A stretch of 51,391 nucleotides of DNA, taken from positions 1 to 51,391 of the forward strand of contig JBDKUN010000002.1 in NCBI GenBank assembly GCA_039679675.1. The letters run 5' to 3'. This stretch comes from Armatimonadota bacterium. GTDB taxonomy: Bacteria; Armatimonadota; UBA5829; DTLH01. Numbering within the stretch: position 1 is the first letter of the stretch; the number at the start of each line of letters is the position of its first letter. Of this stretch, positions 18,011 through 28,780 are shown one piece after another. The notes below the pieces were generated by a model, which did no database searches, was not told the origin of the DNA, and was given only the letters and a program-made list of their open reading frames with translations. Position numbers and translations under genes: made by a program.

Positions 18011-19066
18011 CTAGTCAATAGAAAATTCAACAACTCGAATCGAAGAGCCTGTTGATACGGCAAAACGCTGATGTGCGAAGTCCAGTGCTATTGGCGGTAT
18101 AGGGTCAATATGCCAGATAATGCTCGATTCCTGCTTCCCCGAATCAATGTCTTCCCATCGGTGGATTATCTCCGCTTCCTCAATATCGATCAGCTTTGGA
18201 TGCTCGTAGAATTCAACAACAAAGCGGGAGTTGATCGGCAGCATTGTGCCGAGGTGAGCTTTGAGATCGGCGGTGGTAATGACCTTGCGACTTATAATGT
18301 CGTATACAAGCATCCCTCCTGGCTGAAGCCATGCGTCGTCTTCAATGTAGGCGGGGTCAATATCGCTGGTAATTATGAGCTTGTCGTTTCCCACAAAAGC
18401 TGCGCTGCTTGCTTCGGTATTGATTGGTATTACCGCATCATCCTGATTGATCTTCCTAGGGTCATCCAGGATACTTTTTATATCATACAGGACAACCTCA
18501 GTGCATGGATCCCAAGCCCAGCCGGTGCTGAGAATGTGTGTATTACTAGGATTGGTCGCGAGCTTCGAGTAATAGTAATCCCTGTGTGGAAAGCCAGCTG
18601 CGGCCTCCACTAGTCGCTTTCCACTCGTCAAATCCTCGATCACGAAATGATCGTATTTATCAGGACAGTGAGCGATTGCTTCCCGGCCATCCGGCAGGCG
18701 AAAAAGCAGGACCGGATATTCAAACGCTTCAGCATTGTCGGAGTCGCGGTTGATTTCACGTATAATTTGTGGCGTAAAGGTGCCTTTGGACTCATCAAAT
18801 AGTTTGATAACTGCGCCTTTGGTGCCAAGCGTCTCATATATGACTGCATAATTCCCGGATGGCGAAATAACGGTTGCATCCAGCCTGTCATATGCCGGAC
18901 CCCAGCGCATATCCACAACCAATCCATCAAGATGATATGCTTTTCCCTCTGGCAGGTCGACCAGCATATCTCCCCGCCAGCACAATGATTTGACATAGCT
19001 AGCCGGTATCGTCGTTTCACGGATACTAAATGCTACATCCTTGGATTCTACTCGTGTAGTTTTCAA
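18011..19066 (-). CDS. Hypothetical protein, possibly beta-propeller
   Basis: 351-aa beta-rich ORF with AAGGAG SD; more AT-rich than neighbours. Confidence 0.7.
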   Translation of the reverse strand: MKTTRVESKDVAFSIRETTIPASYVKSLCWRGDMLVDLPEGKAYHLDGLVVDMRWGPAYDRLDATVISPSGNYAVIYETLGTKGAVIKLFDESKGTFTPQIIREINRDSDNAEAFEYPVLLFRLPDGREAIAHCPDKYDHFVIEDLTSGKRLVEAAAGFPHRDYYYSKLATNPSNTHILSTGWAWDPCTEVVLYDIKSILDDPRKINQDDAVIPINTEASSAAFVGNDKLIITSDIDPAYIEDDAWLQPGGMLVYDIISRKVITTADLKAHLGTMLPINSRFVVEFYEHPKLIDIEEAEIIHRWEDIDSGKQESSIIWHIDPIPPIALDFAHQRFAVSTGSSIRVVEFSID

Positions 19067-19089
19067 TATATTCTCCTTATGTAAAACTT

Positions 19090-21723
19090 CTACCTCTCCA
19101 CCTTCACCGTCACAAGCTCCTTCGCCTTCACATCTACCTGCATTTTGCCATCTGCGACGTTCAGTGGTTCCAATGTTTCCTCGTTCAGGTTGGTCTTTTC
19201 GGCGGATGAGGCTCCATTTACCTTTATATCGACCGAAACGGGTTTTCGGGCGATGTTGAAGCCGCGGAGGACTACTGCTTCTTCGCGTTCGGCCTTTTTG
19301 AGCGCCGTCAGGACGAATGCGGGGTCGCTAACCTCCACAAAGGATGCCTGCATCGGGAGTTCCCCTTCGTGAACGCTCGTCTGTCCGGTTATCATCGGCA
19401 CGTTGAAGTTGTGCGCCTGAATGTAGCTCTCTGCTTCTTCCCAGTCGCCTGCATGCGGGTAAAGCGCATACTCGAAAGTATACTCGCCGATCATCTGCCC
19501 TTCATGCTGGTGCTCGGGCGCTCTCACGCCGTTTCCGAAGGCCCGCATGAGCGTAAGCGCGATTGTCCGCGCCTCATCGTCCTTCACTTCATACTCCTGA
19601 AGCGCCTTGTTGATGAGTGTGAGCCCGATTCCGTCGCCGCTTATGTCGACAAACGACTTCTGCGGGTGAATTGCGGGTATCGGCTCTTTCCAGTTCGGGC
19701 ACGGCGGGACTGCAATCTTCCGCTCGACCACATCGAAGGGCTGCTCCGCGTGTGAGACATCAGTGGGGATTCCGCACGGGAAGAGCACGCGCAGACGGTG
19801 GTCTTTTGCCTTGTTATCGAATAAAGTTTTGATGTCCAGCCGCTTCGAGCCAGCCGAGAGAGTCAGATATGTCTTAATACGGCAGATGACAGTCTCATCC
19901 GAGCGCTCCAGGCCGTTTGTGTGACGCTCTTTGGGGAGTTCCAGGTCGCTTATGATCTCGAAAACTACCCTAACGGCGTTATCTTCGGCAACCGATATGC
20001 GGGTTTTCGCTCCCAGACTGGTGACGACCTTGTCCCTAAACGGCTTCACATAGTTCCAGCCGTCGCCGAAGTCTCCGCAGTCCTCGAAAATGAGGCAGTT
20101 CGTGAAGACCGCATCGGTCTCTTTGTCGAGAAGCGAGAATGTGCCGTCGCTTGAAACCGTGAGGGACAGATACTCGTTCTCCGCCGTATTCGGCCCGAGG
20201 AGCATCGACTTCTGCCGGCGGTTGGGTGCGTCCAGAACCTCGATTCGGTAGGCCTTGTAGCCGACTCCAGGCACGTTTTCCACAGGGAAAGCGATTTTGA
20301 CCTTCTTGAGGGCCGGTGCGCATGGTATGTCGTAAGGCTCTGGGTCCATCGGCTGATAGATGCTCATACCAAGGAGCGCATGCGGCAGCTCTCTTCCTTC
20401 CGGGTCGGTCACTTTGGCCCCCGGCACCTGCCAATTGATCGGCACATCGACTTCAGTTTCAATGACTTCACTCCGGTTGTGCGAAAGGGTGTTGAAAACG
20501 GGCAAAACGAAGGTCTTTTCCGGGCTATCGGCAGTGCTCCCGACGCGGGCTGACAGGTCTTTTAGGGCGTTTTCAAGGAGTTTTTCGCCGATTTCCCGGC
20601 ACTGGTCGTAGCGGTAGACCATATCCCTGTGAACCTGGTCGATGCTGCAGCCGCAGATGGAGTCGTGCGGGCTGTTTTTGAGCAGATAGTTCCACGCGAG
20701 GTCGATATATGCCTTCGGATATTTGCTTCCAAGTGTCCACGCCCAGGTCGCAATCGGCTCGATGTATTTTTCGAGCATCGTTTCGCAAGAGTGGTTCATC
20801 TGCTTCAAGTGAATCCGGCTGGAAAGGACGTTCGTAAGTAGCGCCTGCAGTTTCCACTTGCGGTTCGACCATCTTAGCTCACCGACTACCGTTTCAAGCT
20901 TCGGGTTTTCGCTTCGGACGGCTTCCACGAACGCGGGCAGGGTGCTGTGCTTGATCTCGATGTTGTCTATCCGCTCGTTTGCGATCCTGATGATCTCCGG
21001 CGTCTTGAACTGCGCAAAAACATGGTCGCAGCCGTCCATAAATAGGAGCTGGGACGTGGTCGGCTTCTCTTCAATGCAGTCCGACATAAGTGCCTGCACA
21101 TTCTTGGTCGCTTCATCTGGGTCAACCGGCTTGTCGGGGTATCTGAGCTGCTCTTGGAGCCTGTAGAACCAGTTGCTGTAGGCGTTATTATCCGGCATCT
21201 TAGCGACAAAGACTTCCGAACCATCCGGCGACTGCCACAGGAACTCGGACTTTGTCTGGTCTGCAGTAATTCCACGGAATAATACCGCGCTATCTATCCC
21301 GAAGCCGCGCAGAATCTGCGGGAACTGCGATATATGGCCGAAGCAGTCCGGCACGTAGCCCACAGCAAGGTAGTTGCCGAAATCGTCGCAGAGTTTGCGT
21401 CCGAGCATAAGGTTTCGGACCATGCTCTCGCCGCTTACAAGGAACTCATCCGGCTGGTTATACCAGGGGCCGATTAGGATGCGCCCTTCGCGGATGAGCT
21501 TCCTCAGCCGATCCTCGTTTTCGGGCCGGATGGCAAGATAGTCTTCCAGCACTATCGTTTGCCCGTCGAAGGTGAAATATTTGAAGTCTGGGTTGGTCTC
21601 CAGAAGCTCGATGAGCGCGTCAGTGAGGTCCACGAGCCTCATCCTGTAGTGCTGGAAGGTTTTATACCACTCCCTGTCCCAGTGCGTATGTGAAACGACG
21701 TGTGCGGTGTATTTATCGGCCAT
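19090..21723 (-). CDS. Alpha-mannosidase, GH38 family
   Basis: HTHWDREWY, DGQTIVLEDY, PDCFGH, HDSICGCSID. Confidence 0.93.
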   Translation of the reverse strand: MADKYTAHVVSHTHWDREWYKTFQHYRMRLVDLTDALIELLETNPDFKYFTFDGQTIVLEDYLAIRPENEDRLRKLIREGRILIGPWYNQPDEFLVSGESMVRNLMLGRKLCDDFGNYLAVGYVPDCFGHISQFPQILRGFGIDSAVLFRGITADQTKSEFLWQSPDGSEVFVAKMPDNNAYSNWFYRLQEQLRYPDKPVDPDEATKNVQALMSDCIEEKPTTSQLLFMDGCDHVFAQFKTPEIIRIANERIDNIEIKHSTLPAFVEAVRSENPKLETVVGELRWSNRKWKLQALLTNVLSSRIHLKQMNHSCETMLEKYIEPIATWAWTLGSKYPKAYIDLAWNYLLKNSPHDSICGCSIDQVHRDMVYRYDQCREIGEKLLENALKDLSARVGSTADSPEKTFVLPVFNTLSHNRSEVIETEVDVPINWQVPGAKVTDPEGRELPHALLGMSIYQPMDPEPYDIPCAPALKKVKIAFPVENVPGVGYKAYRIEVLDAPNRRQKSMLLGPNTAENEYLSLTVSSDGTFSLLDKETDAVFTNCLIFEDCGDFGDGWNYVKPFRDKVVTSLGAKTRISVAEDNAVRVVFEIISDLELPKERHTNGLERSDETVICRIKTYLTLSAGSKRLDIKTLFDNKAKDHRLRVLFPCGIPTDVSHAEQPFDVVERKIAVPPCPNWKEPIPAIHPQKSFVDISGDGIGLTLINKALQEYEVKDDEARTIALTLMRAFGNGVRAPEHQHEGQMIGEYTFEYALYPHAGDWEEAESYIQAHNFNVPMITGQTSVHEGELPMQASFVEVSDPAFVLTALKKAEREEAVVLRGFNIARKPVSVDIKVNGASSAEKTNLNEETLEPLNVADGKMQVDVKAKELVTVKVER

Positions 21724-21788
21724 AATTTGCTCCTTGCTTGCTATAACAGAGATATGGTAGCGGAGAGGGGGAGAAATGGCAAGGAGTA

Positions 21789-23936
21789 TTAGCTGCCTAA
21801 CTGATTGAGGGCGAGTTTTGCGTTGTAAATCTGCTCTATGATCTCTACAGGGGTGTAAAGATACCCGACAGAGCCTTCGAAGCCGATTCTGGAGTCGACT
21901 TTCGATAGCGCCAGCATCTCTTCTTTGTTCTTCACTTCACCTTCAAGGATTTTGATGAGTCTAGACCGCAGATTTTCGTCGCTTTGGTCTGCCAGCCACC
22001 TATTGCGCGTCAGGATGAACTCGGCGTGGTTCGCGGCGATAGACATATGGAGCATAGAAGCCCTGCATATACCGTAATCCCTCAGATTTTCTTCTTTGTA
22101 CTCTTCAATACTCGACTTTTCGATAGCAGCTTCCAGGTAGACAAGTCCCTTTTTGAAGTGCTCTGCACACTCGCGGAAGCCCCTTATGACCACATCGGCA
22201 CCTAGTGGTTCGCATATCTTCTCGATTTGTTCAGTGGGCACAGCCACCATACCGAAACGCCAGTCAGCGGGCTCCAGGGAGAACTCCGCGCCAGGCCCGC
22301 AGTTCAAGGCGCTGTGGTAAAGCACTGAATAGATGGTCGGGAAGTATTTCATCCCTTCGGAGAAGCATTTCCACGCTCTGACAGCTTCATGTGCGCCGTT
22401 GCCGTAGCATTTGGCAGCCAAGGATTCGGCAGGGGACGCATCATCAAGATAGTTAAGCATCTCCATATTCCTGCCGGGATACGCGCCGAATATCCAGCAC
22501 CCAAGAATGCCGTCGATCTCGTATTCCTTGAGTGCAGTGAGCAGCTCTTCGACATTCTTCATAACCGGCAGATAGGGCAGGGCGTTCATCTCGACTGTAG
22601 ACACAAGCGAGCACTTCGCCATCACTTGTCTACCAAGCGACTTGGCGGTGTTGATGATCCCAAGAGCGTAATCAGACGGCTGCACATAGGCGAGAGTGTA
22701 TTCGATTATCGTGGCATCTTTCCCGAACAGGTTGAACCGAGTGTTCCTCGCCCAGTCGACCATTACCGTAACCTTCGGCGATAGCGCCCCGACTGCATCC
22801 TTGACCTTATCTTCACCCAGGACGAAGTCCCAGCCCCACAGCCACTCTATGATCTCTGCCTTCGAGCCGATAGATTCCAGCGTGCTGCTGAATATGTTGG
22901 CCGTGTCTGAGAGCACCTCGGCAGCGCCTCTTTCATTGCAGCGCGGGCACTTGCATCTACCCCCCAAAGCGTGGGAGAAACAGTTTGTCTCATTCTCTGA
23001 TGCCGTTATAAGTATGATTCCGCCGAGATCAGGCACCTTTGAGAAGACGAAGGCGAGACTATGTCTCAACCACTCACGGACTTTCTCTTCAGAAGTACAC
23101 ATCCCGTAATAACCGGCCTGTCCTTCCATTCCCCTGGCCTCGGGGTGCTTCAGGAAGAACTCCTCCGGCATGAATCGGGGCTCATTTAGATACAAAAACA
23201 GCTTTATGCCGTGGGACTTTGCCTTCTCGACCTGTTTTCGCAGGTTTTCGATACGAATTTCGTGGTCTTCGCCGAACTCAGGGAAAATATCGGATGGCGC
23301 CAGGTCTCTTAGAAGCGCGGGCATCCAAACAGCGTTGACTCCACGGTTCGCCAGACGACTCAGCACCCCGTCAGTGTAAAATTCTTCGCCTGTCAGCAGG
23401 AAATCGCCGTGCGTGGCAGTGTAACTGTACATCATCCTAAGCCCGAGCTGAGAGTCTTGAGGCACGCTTCCGGTCGGTGATTCTACTTGGCGCAGTTCAT
23501 CAAGAAAACCGAATAGCGGTTCCCAGTTGCTGTAATCGCTGAAATAGCTTTCGCTGCATAGTTTAAAATAGGTGGCAGCGTCTTTGTCCCATCTGCCAGG
23601 GCATGCTTTGATGTTTGAAAGGCCTTTCGGCTTTTGCCCGACTTTGACGTCGAGAAAGTCCATCTCCATCATTGTCTTTTTATAGAGCTCTTCCGGCATC
23701 TTTAGGAGCCGTGCGATCTCTTTATGGGAAAGCAGGTCGTGATTTCGACGGACAACGAGCGGAAATGCCCTTTCCGGGCCCATCGGGCGCATTTCCGGCA
23801 GCCCGAGTTCCTTCATCCAGCACTGAACCGCAGTCGCATCCGTGTGAAGATACTCCGCAATCTGGGTGGGGGAGAGAAGTTCGCTGTTTCGTATGAGAAA
23901 CCGCTGAAGCTGGGCTAGTTTCGGTGTAGATTTCAT
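21789..23936 (-). CDS. Conserved hypothetical protein, possible glycoside-hydrolase-like TIM barrel with HTH-like N-terminus
   Basis: 715-aa ORF; GVNAVW, GIKLFLYLNEPR, VPDLGG..ITASEN; adjacent to the GH38 gene. Confidence 0.6.
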   Translation of the reverse strand: MKSTPKLAQLQRFLIRNSELLSPTQIAEYLHTDATAVQCWMKELGLPEMRPMGPERAFPLVVRRNHDLLSHKEIARLLKMPEELYKKTMMEMDFLDVKVGQKPKGLSNIKACPGRWDKDAATYFKLCSESYFSDYSNWEPLFGFLDELRQVESPTGSVPQDSQLGLRMMYSYTATHGDFLLTGEEFYTDGVLSRLANRGVNAVWMPALLRDLAPSDIFPEFGEDHEIRIENLRKQVEKAKSHGIKLFLYLNEPRFMPEEFFLKHPEARGMEGQAGYYGMCTSEEKVREWLRHSLAFVFSKVPDLGGIILITASENETNCFSHALGGRCKCPRCNERGAAEVLSDTANIFSSTLESIGSKAEIIEWLWGWDFVLGEDKVKDAVGALSPKVTVMVDWARNTRFNLFGKDATIIEYTLAYVQPSDYALGIINTAKSLGRQVMAKCSLVSTVEMNALPYLPVMKNVEELLTALKEYEIDGILGCWIFGAYPGRNMEMLNYLDDASPAESLAAKCYGNGAHEAVRAWKCFSEGMKYFPTIYSVLYHSALNCGPGAEFSLEPADWRFGMVAVPTEQIEKICEPLGADVVIRGFRECAEHFKKGLVYLEAAIEKSSIEEYKEENLRDYGICRASMLHMSIAANHAEFILTRNRWLADQSDENLRSRLIKILEGEVKNKEEMLALSKVDSRIGFEGSVGYLYTPVEIIEQIYNAKLALNQLGS

Positions 23937-24057
23937 TGAGATTTAACCTGTAGTTCGCTGCCCAGATTGTAACCCGGTGGTAAGGCAATGTCAACAGGGT
24001 GTATGCGCGTCACTTCTGGGTATGACTGATTCAACAATTTCACTTGGAGGTGTTGAA

Positions 24058-24816
24058 ATGCCGGGGCCAATGGATGGAAAGGTGGCTATCGTAACAGGAG
24101 GAGCCGCGGGAATCGGCAAAGCGACAGCGACTGCCTTTTCCCGTGAAGGTGCGCAGGTTATGATATGCGATGTCAATGAAGAAATAGGGGTAGCGGTTGC
24201 CCGCGAGATCACCGATGCCGGAAGCCAGTGCTATTTCGTCAAAGCTGATGTCTCGAAAGCTGCTGACGTAATGGATTTGGTCAACCACACAGTAGAGACA
24301 TTCGGGCGGCTGGACTATGCCTGTAATAACGCCGGTATCGAAGGCAAAACCGCTCTGACGGCTGAGTGTTCCGAGGAGAACTGGGACCGTATCATCGGTA
24401 TAAACCTCAAGGGCGTTTGGCTGTGTATGAAGTACGAAATTCCGCAAATACTGAAGCAGGGTGGGGCGATAGTGAATGTTTCTTCGATAGCGGCCATCGT
24501 CGGGTTTAGGGGGCTGCCTGCGTATTGCGCGTCCAAAGGCGGGGTAAGCCAGCTTACCAGGACTGCAGCGATTGAATATGCACAGCAGGGTATCAGGATC
24601 AATGCGATCTGCCCCGGAGCGATTCGCACGTCCATGCTCAGCCGATTGGAAGCAACGAATCCTGAGATGATTGCCGGCATAATAGCGGCGCACCCTATAG
24701 GCAGGCTAGGAACACCGGAGGAAGTTGCAAATCTTATTGTATGGCTGTGCTCCGATGAGTCATCATTTATTACCGGCTGCGAGATACCGGTAGACGGCGG
24801 TTATGTGGCACAGTAG
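24058..24816 (+). CDS. SDR-family oxidoreductase
   Basis: TGGAAGIG, NNAGI, YCASK, VDGG; ATG after GGAGG. Confidence 0.92.
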   Translation: MPGPMDGKVAIVTGGAAGIGKATATAFSREGAQVMICDVNEEIGVAVAREITDAGSQCYFVKADVSKAADVMDLVNHTVETFGRLDYACNNAGIEGKTALTAECSEENWDRIIGINLKGVWLCMKYEIPQILKQGGAIVNVSSIAAIVGFRGLPAYCASKGGVSQLTRTAAIEYAQQGIRINAICPGAIRTSMLSRLEATNPEMIAGIIAAHPIGRLGTPEEVANLIVWLCSDESSFITGCEIPVDGGYVAQ

Positions 24817-24882
24817 GATGCGGGAGCCATATTTTATTTGCTGAACATTGACGTCCGCCTGATACATTTGTAAAATGCAATT

Positions 24883-26232
24883 ATGATGAAAAGCATATTT
24901 CGCTCACTGCGCGTAATCGCGCCTCTATTTATGTTGTTAATCCTCTCGGCAGCAGCTTTTGCTGAGGTCGATCTGGCGACCAGGCAAGAGACGTTCGAGA
25001 GAGTGTGGACCATAGTCAACGAACGTTTTTATGACCCCAATTTCAACGGCGTAAACTGGGCCGCAGTCAAAAAGGAATACGAGAAGAAAATTCCTTTCGT
25101 TCAGAGTGACGAAGAGTTCTACAAACTGCTGAATGATATGGTGGGTGAGCTTCATTGTTCGCACTTTGCGATAATTGCCCCATCGTCCTCCGAAGATTAT
25201 GAGGTCCCCAAAGGCCCCATAGATTCCTCACCAGGGATTAAGGTGCGCTTTGTTGAGGATAAGCCCATGATAACCGGTGTGGAGCCTGGTTCTCCTGCGG
25301 CAAAGGCAGGGATCAGACCGGGGTATATCATCACTCGTGTAAGAGGTAGAGACATCGCGAAGCTGTGGGAGTATGCTAAATCGAGGGGTACGGGTAAGTC
25401 GGACCATTATAACAAGGCCCAATTTGCTTTGTTGATGGATAGTGTACTTTCTGGATACGAGGGCGAGGTAATGGAGATAGGATACCTCGACGAGAAGGAT
25501 GTTTCCCGTTCAGCCAAGGTCAAGCTGGCAAAAAAGAAGGGGCAATTCATCTCCATGGCCATGTTCGAAGAGTTCGTCGAATTTGAGTCCAAACGCATTC
25601 AGAACAATATTGGCTATATAAGTTTCAGCATGTTTACCCCTGACCTTACAGTGCCGATCAAGAATGCTATCAGGTCGTTCCACGACGCGCCTGGGATAAT
25701 AATCGATCTGCGCGGCAACCCAGGAGGGGTCGTCAATACGACCATGGCTATATCGGCCATGTTTTACGGGGAGAGGTCCGCTCTCGGAACGATGAAACAG
25801 CGCAAAGGAGAGATACGGTATCCGATATTCCCTTCGAAAGATCCTTACAAAGGAATATTAGTCATCCTGACGGACGAAGCTTCAGCCAGTTCATCAGAAG
25901 TCCTGGCGTGCGGAATGCAGTGGAATGGGCGGGCTATTGTGGTTGGATCGACCTCGATGGGAGCCTCGCTGCCGTCCATTAGGGAAAGGCTTCCAAGCGG
26001 CGCTGTTATGCAGTATGTCATCGCCGATTTTAAGACACCGAACGGCTATTTGATAGAAGGTAATGGAGCGGTTCCGGATTATCCTGTGGATCTCACACGC
26101 GCGAACCTCTTAACCGGGCATGACCCGGTTATGGATAAAGCCATATCGGTGATAAAAGAGAAAAGCGCTGCATCTGCAGAAAAAGAGTCTCAGGCGGCGA
26201 CTGAAACCCCTGGGAAAGATCCCCAGAAATAG
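24883..26232 (+). CDS. S41-family peptidase with PDZ domain, exported
   Basis: Signal peptide, GSPAAKAGIRPG, IIDLRGNPGG, SASSSEV. Confidence 0.9.
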   Translation: MMKSIFRSLRVIAPLFMLLILSAAAFAEVDLATRQETFERVWTIVNERFYDPNFNGVNWAAVKKEYEKKIPFVQSDEEFYKLLNDMVGELHCSHFAIIAPSSSEDYEVPKGPIDSSPGIKVRFVEDKPMITGVEPGSPAAKAGIRPGYIITRVRGRDIAKLWEYAKSRGTGKSDHYNKAQFALLMDSVLSGYEGEVMEIGYLDEKDVSRSAKVKLAKKKGQFISMAMFEEFVEFESKRIQNNIGYISFSMFTPDLTVPIKNAIRSFHDAPGIIIDLRGNPGGVVNTTMAISAMFYGERSALGTMKQRKGEIRYPIFPSKDPYKGILVILTDEASASSSEVLACGMQWNGRAIVVGSTSMGASLPSIRERLPSGAVMQYVIADFKTPNGYLIEGNGAVPDYPVDLTRANLLTGHDPVMDKAISVIKEKSAASAEKESQAATETPGKDPQK

Positions 26233-26273
26233 TTCGGAATACAAGTAGAGAGTTCTTTAGCAGGAAAAAACAA

Positions 26274-26303
26274 GATAGCCCAGCGCAAATGCGTTGGGCT
26301 ATC
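26274..26303. terminator. Hairpin terminator between convergent genes
   Basis: GATAGCCCAGCGCA-AA-TGCGTTGGGCTATC. Confidence 0.7.
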
Positions 26304-26332
26304 AATTTAACTTCTGCAGAAATTGCTTGGGG

Positions 26333-26587
26333 TTATTCCGCTGGGTAGACGCTTATAACTCTTCTGCCGCCGCCGTGCTCGAACTTAACCTGTCCGTCCA
26401 CGAGAGCGAAGAGGGTGTGATCTCTCCCAAGTCCGACGTTGTTACCCGGATGCAGCTTGGTTCCTCGCTGGCGGATCAGAATGGATCCTGCGGTGACTGC
26501 CTCTCCCGCGTACTCCTTCACGCCAAGCCTTTTAGACTTGCTGTCGCGTCCGTTACGGGAACTACCTACTCCTTTTTTATGGGCCAT
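26333..26587 (-). CDS. rpmA: 50S ribosomal protein L27 (short form)
   Basis: [22 protein letters not shown]. Confidence 0.98.
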   Translation of the reverse strand: MAHKKGVGSSRNGRDSKSKRLGVKEYAGEAVTAGSILIRQRGTKLHPGNNVGLGRDHTLFALVDGQVKFEHGGGRRVISVYPAE

Positions 26588-26688
26588 TAAATCTCACCTG
26601 CCTTCGTGTAAACCCTGTACAATTGCAAACAACCCAACCGCTATGAATCAGCGGTTGGCATGTTGCAACAAAAACTTTTGAATTCAGC

Positions 26689-27000
26689 TTAAGCTTCGAT
26701 TTTTGTGATTTCGAGCCTTGTAAGCTGCTGCCTGTGACCCCAGTGCCGCTGAGTGTGCTTTTTAGGCTTGTACGTGAAGGCATCAATCTTTGGTCCCTTG
26801 AACTGTCTCAAGACTTTGGCCGTCACTTTTGCTCCTGGCACATACGGTGTTCCGACTTTTAAGCCAGAATCGGCGTCGACGACGAGGACTTCTTCGATTG
26901 TAACCTCTGAACCCTCATCCGAAGACAGCTTGTTGACGTCAATTATTGTCTTCTCTTCGACTCTATATTGCTGGCCGCCTGTTTTAACTATAGCGTACAA
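26689..27000 (-). CDS. rplU: 50S ribosomal protein L21
   Basis: YAIVKTGGQQYRV, GHRQQLT; TTG start at 27000. Confidence 0.97.
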   Translation of the reverse strand: MYAIVKTGGQQYRVEEKTIIDVNKLSSDEGSEVTIEEVLVVDADSGLKVGTPYVPGAKVTAKVLRQFKGPKIDAFTYKPKKHTQRHWGHRQQLTRLEITKIEA

Positions 27001-27064
27001 TTCCAGTCTCCCACACATAATGCTGGGTATCAAGAATCTCCCGATACCCAGGTTCGATATTTTA

Positions 27065-28780
27065 TCACGAAGCAACCGCTTTGTCAAGCGATTTTGCTCC
27101 ACTGACTACTTCACCCAGCGCGTAAGAACGCCGGACATCCGAAAGTTTTACTTTTACTCTCTGTCCGACATACTTGCCGCCGTTCGACAGATCGACCAGG
27201 TAGCCGTCGATCCATGCCGTAGACCTCGGTAGAAGCGAGTAAGGGTTTCTTACCACACTGCAATCTATGGTATCGGACGATTTGAGCTCCTGCATTTGCC
27301 GTTCAGTTTCCTGAATGTTTGCCGGCACTATCTCAAACTTCTCCAGATGAAGCTCTTCATTTGCCCTGACATATATAGCATGCTTCAACTGTCTTTCGAT
27401 CTCGTCTATCGCTTCTCCCATCGGCCCAATCAGGTGAACGGCGACTTCCGGGTTAGCTGTTACGACGAATGCTTCTTCATCGGTCGATGACACCAGTTTT
27501 CTAAGCTCGCGTTCGATGTCTATCGACACGGATTCAGGTGACTTTACCCGGCCCCGGCCCTGGCAATACGGGCAAACCTCCGTCATTGCTTCTGATATAG
27601 TCTCGCCGGTTCGTTTTCTGGTCATCTCGATCAGTCCAAGAGGGCTGATGTTCGATATTTTCGTCCTGGTACGGTCCTTTTTAAGCGCTTTTTCAAGTGC
27701 AGACACCACATGCTGTTTGTCTTTCGGATTAGCCATATCGATAAAGTCAATAATGATAATCCCGCCTATATCCCGCAGCCTGAGCTGTCTTGCTATTTCA
27801 GCTACGGCATCGAGGTTTGTCTTGAGTATAGTGTCTGACAGGCTTGTGCTTCCGATGTATTTGCCTGTATTGACATCTATCGTCGTCAACGCCTCGGTCT
27901 CGTCTATAGTGAGGTGTCCGCCGGACTTGAGCCAGACCTTGCGTCTCAAAAGCCGGTCGATCTCACCTTCGACAGCGTATCTCTCGAAAATCGGTTCCCG
28001 CCCGTCATAGAGCTGGATCCGTGATTTCATTCTGGGTGATAGCAGCTCGATAAGCTCGATGGCTTTTTCGTAATCGACTGGTGAATCGATCAGCATAGTT
28101 GTGACATCGGCGCTCAGGACATCTCTTATCGTCTTGTAAATCAAGGACAGGTCCTGGTGTACAAGCCCAGGAGCACTGATCTTTCGGGATTTCTCCTGAA
28201 TCTGATTCCACATTCTGAGGAGGAATTCGAGATCCTGCTTTAGTTCGGCCTCGCTTTTTCCTTCAGCCTCGGTCCGGACTATGAGTCCATACCCAAGCGG
28301 GCGGATGTTCTCAGCGATCTTCTTCAGCCGGTCGCGTTCTCCGCTTTCCTCGATTTTGCGCGATATGCCTGAGTTATCGGAGTCCGGCATGAGAACGAGA
28401 TAACGGCCCGGGAGTGAGACTCTTGTTGATACTCTCGCTCCTTTTGTGCCGCGCGGACCCTTGATGACCTGCACCAAAAGCTCCTGCCCTATTTTCAGTA
28501 CATCCTTGATGTGCAGGTTTTTGGTATCTTTTCTGCTCGCAGGCATATCTTCATCTGCTTCGGGCAGAACGTCGCCGACATAAAGGAAAGCGTTTCTTTC
28601 AAGCCCTATTTCCACGAAAGCTGCGTCCATACCGGGAAGAACATTGGATACCTTGCATTTATAAATACTTCCTACTACGCGTTCCTCTCGCTCGACATGC
28701 AGCTCGACCAGTTTGTCGCCTTCGATCAGTGCGACTCTGGTTTCCCGGCTGTCAACATTGACAATTATTTCCTTCGGCAA
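27065..28780 (-). CDS. Rne/Rng family ribonuclease with C-terminal TRAM-like domain
   Basis: VLPGMDAAFV, TIDVNTG, LRLRDIGGIIIIDFIDM, CPYCQGRG. Confidence 0.93.
   Translation of the reverse strand: MPKEIIVNVDSRETRVALIEGDKLVELHVEREERVVGSIYKCKVSNVLPGMDAAFVEIGLERNAFLYVGDVLPEADEDMPASRKDTKNLHIKDVLKIGQELLVQVIKGPRGTKGARVSTRVSLPGRYLVLMPDSDNSGISRKIEESGERDRLKKIAENIRPLGYGLIVRTEAEGKSEAELKQDLEFLLRMWNQIQEKSRKISAPGLVHQDLSLIYKTIRDVLSADVTTMLIDSPVDYEKAIELIELLSPRMKSRIQLYDGREPIFERYAVEGEIDRLLRRKVWLKSGGHLTIDETEALTTIDVNTGKYIGSTSLSDTILKTNLDAVAEIARQLRLRDIGGIIIIDFIDMANPKDKQHVVSALEKALKKDRTRTKISNISPLGLIEMTRKRTGETISEAMTEVCPYCQGRGRVKSPESVSIDIERELRKLVSSTDEEAFVVTANPEVAVHLIGPMGEAIDEIERQLKHAIYVRANEELHLEKFEIVPANIQETERQMQELKSSDTIDCSVVRNPYSLLPRSTAWIDGYLVDLSNGGKYVGQRVKVKLSDVRRSYALGEVVSGAKSLDKAVAS

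Noticed and set aside
26588..26688. Possible prp (ysxB) gene or RNA element between rplU and rpmA
   Set aside because: The gap is only ~100 bp with one hairpin, and L27 is the short MAHKK form that needs no Prp; ordinary.
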